64,000 nt of DNA from assembly GCA_002633005.1 (NCBI GenBank), contig NMRA01000041.1:811294-875293 (forward strand). Reading direction: 5' to 3'. Both the position numbers and the translations under genes were made by a program. Source of the stretch: Phoronis australis. Lineage: Eukaryota > Animalia > Phoronida. The notes beneath the pieces were generated by a model that searched no databases, was not told the origin of the DNA, and saw nothing but the letters and a program-made list of their open reading frames with translations. The first letter of the stretch is position 1. The number at the start of each line of letters is the position of its first letter. Of this stretch, positions 61,201 through 64,000 are shown piece by piece.

Positions 61201-61360
61201 TGTCCCGATGGCATACGACGTTCAAATGGTGTTCCTGGAGAGAACGCATTCGAGACCTCTATCGGCGTGAAGATGATATATAGCCAACTGTCGCCTTCTC
61301 GGGAAAGCTCGAACTTGGGTCTCACGGCTTTCATTCGTTCTCTAATTTGGACCGGAATAC
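54892..61360 (-). CDS. FABP: Second FABP/iLBP family gene, partial: exons 2-4 (61360-61191, 57906-57799, 54942-54892); exon 1 probably beyond the window end
   Basis: Spliced translation: (G)IPVQIRERMKAVRPKFELSREGDSWLYIIFTPIEVSNAFSPGTPFERRMPSGQVIK|VTATFDGDKLLEDHEFVGSDRQMTMERTVNGEEMTV|VTRMKNVTSTTKFKKV*. It shows the FABP-like F-x-x-G-x-x-F-E, DGDKL and R-x-V-x-G-x-E-M patterns. Intron phases (1,0,0) match the first FABP, with GT-AG sites. Minus-strand AATAAA near 54770. Confidence 0.82.
56260..56754. repeat. ~175-bp direct duplication adjacent to an N
   Basis: 56260-56434 appears identical to 56580-56754, and the first copy ends at the N at 56435. Confidence 0.85.
57275..57677. mobile_element. 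Kolobok-like non-autonomous element (TTAA TSD, AG...CT ends) in intron 3 of the second FABP
   Basis: TTAA|AGATGCTATGTCTCAT ... ATGAGATGTAGCATCT|TTAA. Confidence 0.75.
57950..58252. repeat. (CAT/CGT)n degenerate trinucleotide tract in a FABP intron
   Basis: Direct reading; explains the poly-D, poly-S and poly-I ORFs. Confidence 0.9.
59165..60902. mobile_element. Older TIR element hosting the second MULE copy
   Basis: GTTCTAAAACCACCTCGACCCCCAAACCCCACGAC (from ~59169) is the inverse of GTCGTGGGGTATGGGGGTCGAGGGGGTTTTAGAAC (to ~60897). Confidence 0.65.
59876..60804. mobile_element. Second copy of the same MULE-like element, opposite orientation, in intron 2 of the second FABP
   Basis: Near-identical to the reverse complement of 15281-16190. 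Perfect 9-bp TSD GGCTCGAGG at 59867-59875 and 60805-60813. Confidence 0.9.
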
Positions 61361-61583
61361 CTGAAATCCCATGCGCAGTCTCGTTTAACAAACGCGGTTG
61401 GCGGCATACTGAAATGTGCAATAAACTCACGACATCTGTCGTGAAAGCATTTTTATTTAGGCCACTTACCGTTATGAAAATCGGTCTAATCCGCCAGGTG
61501 TTTTTTCTCTTTAATTGGAAGTGAATCCTAAGCCAAGAAGACCTGACAGATCTCTGTTGCTTCACATGGGCGCCCGGGGGGAG

Positions 61584-64000
61584 GCTCGAACGAGCCATTT
61601 GGTGAAGTGGGCAAAAAGGTCCGCCTCAGAGAAACAAAAACTCCGAAAAAAGTACAAAACGAGGCTACTGTCGACTAAAGAGGCAGGGACTACCAAAATT
61701 CAGCGAATGCACAACTCGTATCTCTAAACGTATTCCGTGAATCTTGGTAAAAGGTCCACTCGAGTCCCCCAATTTTTTAGATTGGATGCGCGCATGAACT
61801 GCGTGTGGCCATAACTTTGACTAGACAATAACAACGAGTGTACAGTATTATAATACACTCCTTGATAATACTCGACAGTCGTGGTTTACGAAGTAAATAG
61901 GCCATTTTCGGAAGTACAGGTCACGTGGCTTTCGTTATGATGACTTCGGAATATTAGACCAGCCTACATTTCACAGAGTGAAGTTTGTCGACGAGATTCT
62001 TGAAAAAATCAAAACTTTGAGAAAATCTGTCGAACATTGTTTAGTTTCAATTACGAAACAATAATAAACAGTAAAACTAAGCAACTTTAAATTAGTCTAA
62101 CATTCATGTAGCCACGTTTTACAGTCCCTAAAGAGGATTCCAAACTCCGTTTTGGTGATTGCAACTAATCCCCGTACCGTCACCTACTAATGCATCACTG
62201 GTGTCCCATTTTAGTAATAAAAGCAAGATTCAAGTAAAAATGCATACATTTTGAGCCTCAAATTGGATTTTATGGTTCTTGGTGGGCGGTCACACCTTGC
62301 CGTTGTTGTGTAACTCGCCTAAAGCGTAAGCCAAGCTTGCCCGTTTAGCAAACTTTTAAAGGAGTTTTCAAATTGTTCTCCAATTTTTTATGAGTTGTCG
62401 AGGGATACAGATATAAGACGAAATTGATGCGTCTTGGTTGTGATTTGAGTCCTGTGTGCGCCTGCAACGAATGCCTAGTGTTGTATCTGCTAACTTCGTG
62501 GAATCTACACTAAAGTAGTACATGTCATACTAAGAGTTCAGGCGTATGCCTATTCATATCGCTTACGCATATACACACATACATCTTTCTCGTTTGTTTT
62601 TAGTGTTAACGCGTTTTACGGCAGACAGCTTCCTGCAGTTAGCTTACTGCACTAATTTACTGCCACCTCAGAAAACAGTTATACAGACGAGGCGTTTCAG
62701 CACTGACCGCGTGAACCGCGCTTTCTCAAAACAAAAATAACACGAAAATGGCAGAGGCAACCATTCGTTGTGGAAAGTGTAGATAAGTACCGGGCAAATG
62801 GAACAGTTGCTAACTCCGTAATAAGCAATAATATTTTATTTCAAAAACATGAAAAAGAACAACTGATTTCATTAAACCCCTCCCATCCAAACATTAAGGA
62901 ATGTATAAGTTTACTATATCAGGAAATAATGTGAATTGATTTCAACACGGGGGACCTCCAAAGGGGTTCCGTTAATTGCAAAGTTGTACTTCCACAAACA
63001 TATGAAAATAGCGACAATTAATTCCACACACTGGCTCCCTCCACCTGAGCGTCTAACACGAACTGGTGTATAATTTCACAAAAACGGGAAGGAGTGACGA
63101 ACGGTTCCATCGTCGGGAGTCCGCTCCAATCTGGGTGGCGTTACGCCTCTCAAACACGTCTGGATGTAAGAATATTAAAGTGTTAATGAGGAAAACAGAG
63201 AAAAACGTGCATTGCCTGCTAATTGAGTAAAACATTTGACCGATTCAAAGGAGAATTAAAGTAAACCTATTAAGCAGCGCGTNGCTCGAACGAGCCATTT
63301 GGTGAAGTGGGCAAAAAGGTCCTCCTCAGAGAAACAAAAACTCCGAAAAAAAACGAGACTACTGTCGACTAAAAAGGCAGGGACTACCAAAATTCAGCGA
63401 ATGCACAATTCATATCTCTAAACGTATTCCGTGAATCTTGGTAAAAGGTCCACATTCTCAAAAATTCGAGTCCCCCAATTTTTTTAGATTGGGTGCGCGC
63501 ATGAACTGCGTGTGGCCATAACTTTGACTAGACAATAACAACGAGTGTACAGTATTATAGTACACTCCTAGATAATACTCGCCAGTCTTGGTTTACGGAG
63601 TGAATGGGCCATTTTCGGAAGTACAGGTCACGTGGCTTTCTTTATGATGACTTCGGAATATTAGACCAGCCTACATTTTACAAAATAAAGTTTGTCGACG
63701 AGATTCTTGAAAAAATCAAAACTTTGAGAAAATCTGTCAAACATTGTTTAGTTTCAATTACAAAACAATAATAAACAGTAAAACTAAGCAACTTTAAATT
63801 AGTCTAACATTCATGTAGCCACGTTTTACAGTCCCTAAAGAGGATTCCAAACTCCGTTTTGGTGATTGCAACTAATCCCCGTACCGTCACCTACTAATGC
63901 ATCACTGGTGTCCCATTTTAGTAATAAAAGCAAGATTCAAGTAAAAATGCATACATTTTGAGCCTCAAATTGGATTTTATGGTTCTTGGTGGGCGGTCAC
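61584..64000. repeat. ~710-bp direct duplication (61584-62293 vs 63284-64000) starting at an N; probable assembly/haplotype overlap
   Basis: The second copy begins immediately after the N at 63283; small indels distinguish the copies. Confidence 0.8.

Noticed and set aside
63045-63110. Minus-strand MEPFVTPSRF... as a candidate exon 1 of the second FABP
   Set aside because: It lacks the GxW motif and the helix-1 pattern, and the donor phase does not match exon 2.

Overview
AT-rich, intron-containing animal DNA, probably a bilaterian invertebrate; the species cannot be determined from the window. Most entries in the six-frame ORF track are spurious. Manual splicing on GT-AG boundaries gives seven gene models. 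(1) A complete 4-exon FABP/iLBP gene (+, 2416-9516). (2) LKAAEAR1 (-, 11004-14650). (3) EBAG9/RCAS1 (+, 18769-23529), head-to-head with LKAAEAR1. (4-6) A tandem cluster of three paralogous 2-exon genes (-, 28.9-50.1 kb), each encoding an ~210-aa secreted protein of signal peptide + PAN/apple-like domain + WSC domain. (7) A second FABP/iLBP gene (-, exons 2-4 at 54892-61360; exon 1 not found in the window). Both FABPs lack the canonical C-terminal Arg-x-Tyr carboxylate clamp. Non-coding space holds two near-identical Mutator-like MITEs with 9-bp TSDs, nested MITEs, a Helentron-type element with a periodic array of CTCF-consensus motifs, LINE relics, minisatellites and N-adjacent haplotype duplications. 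The best candidate for an undescribed system is the diversifying PAN-WSC secreted gene cluster.
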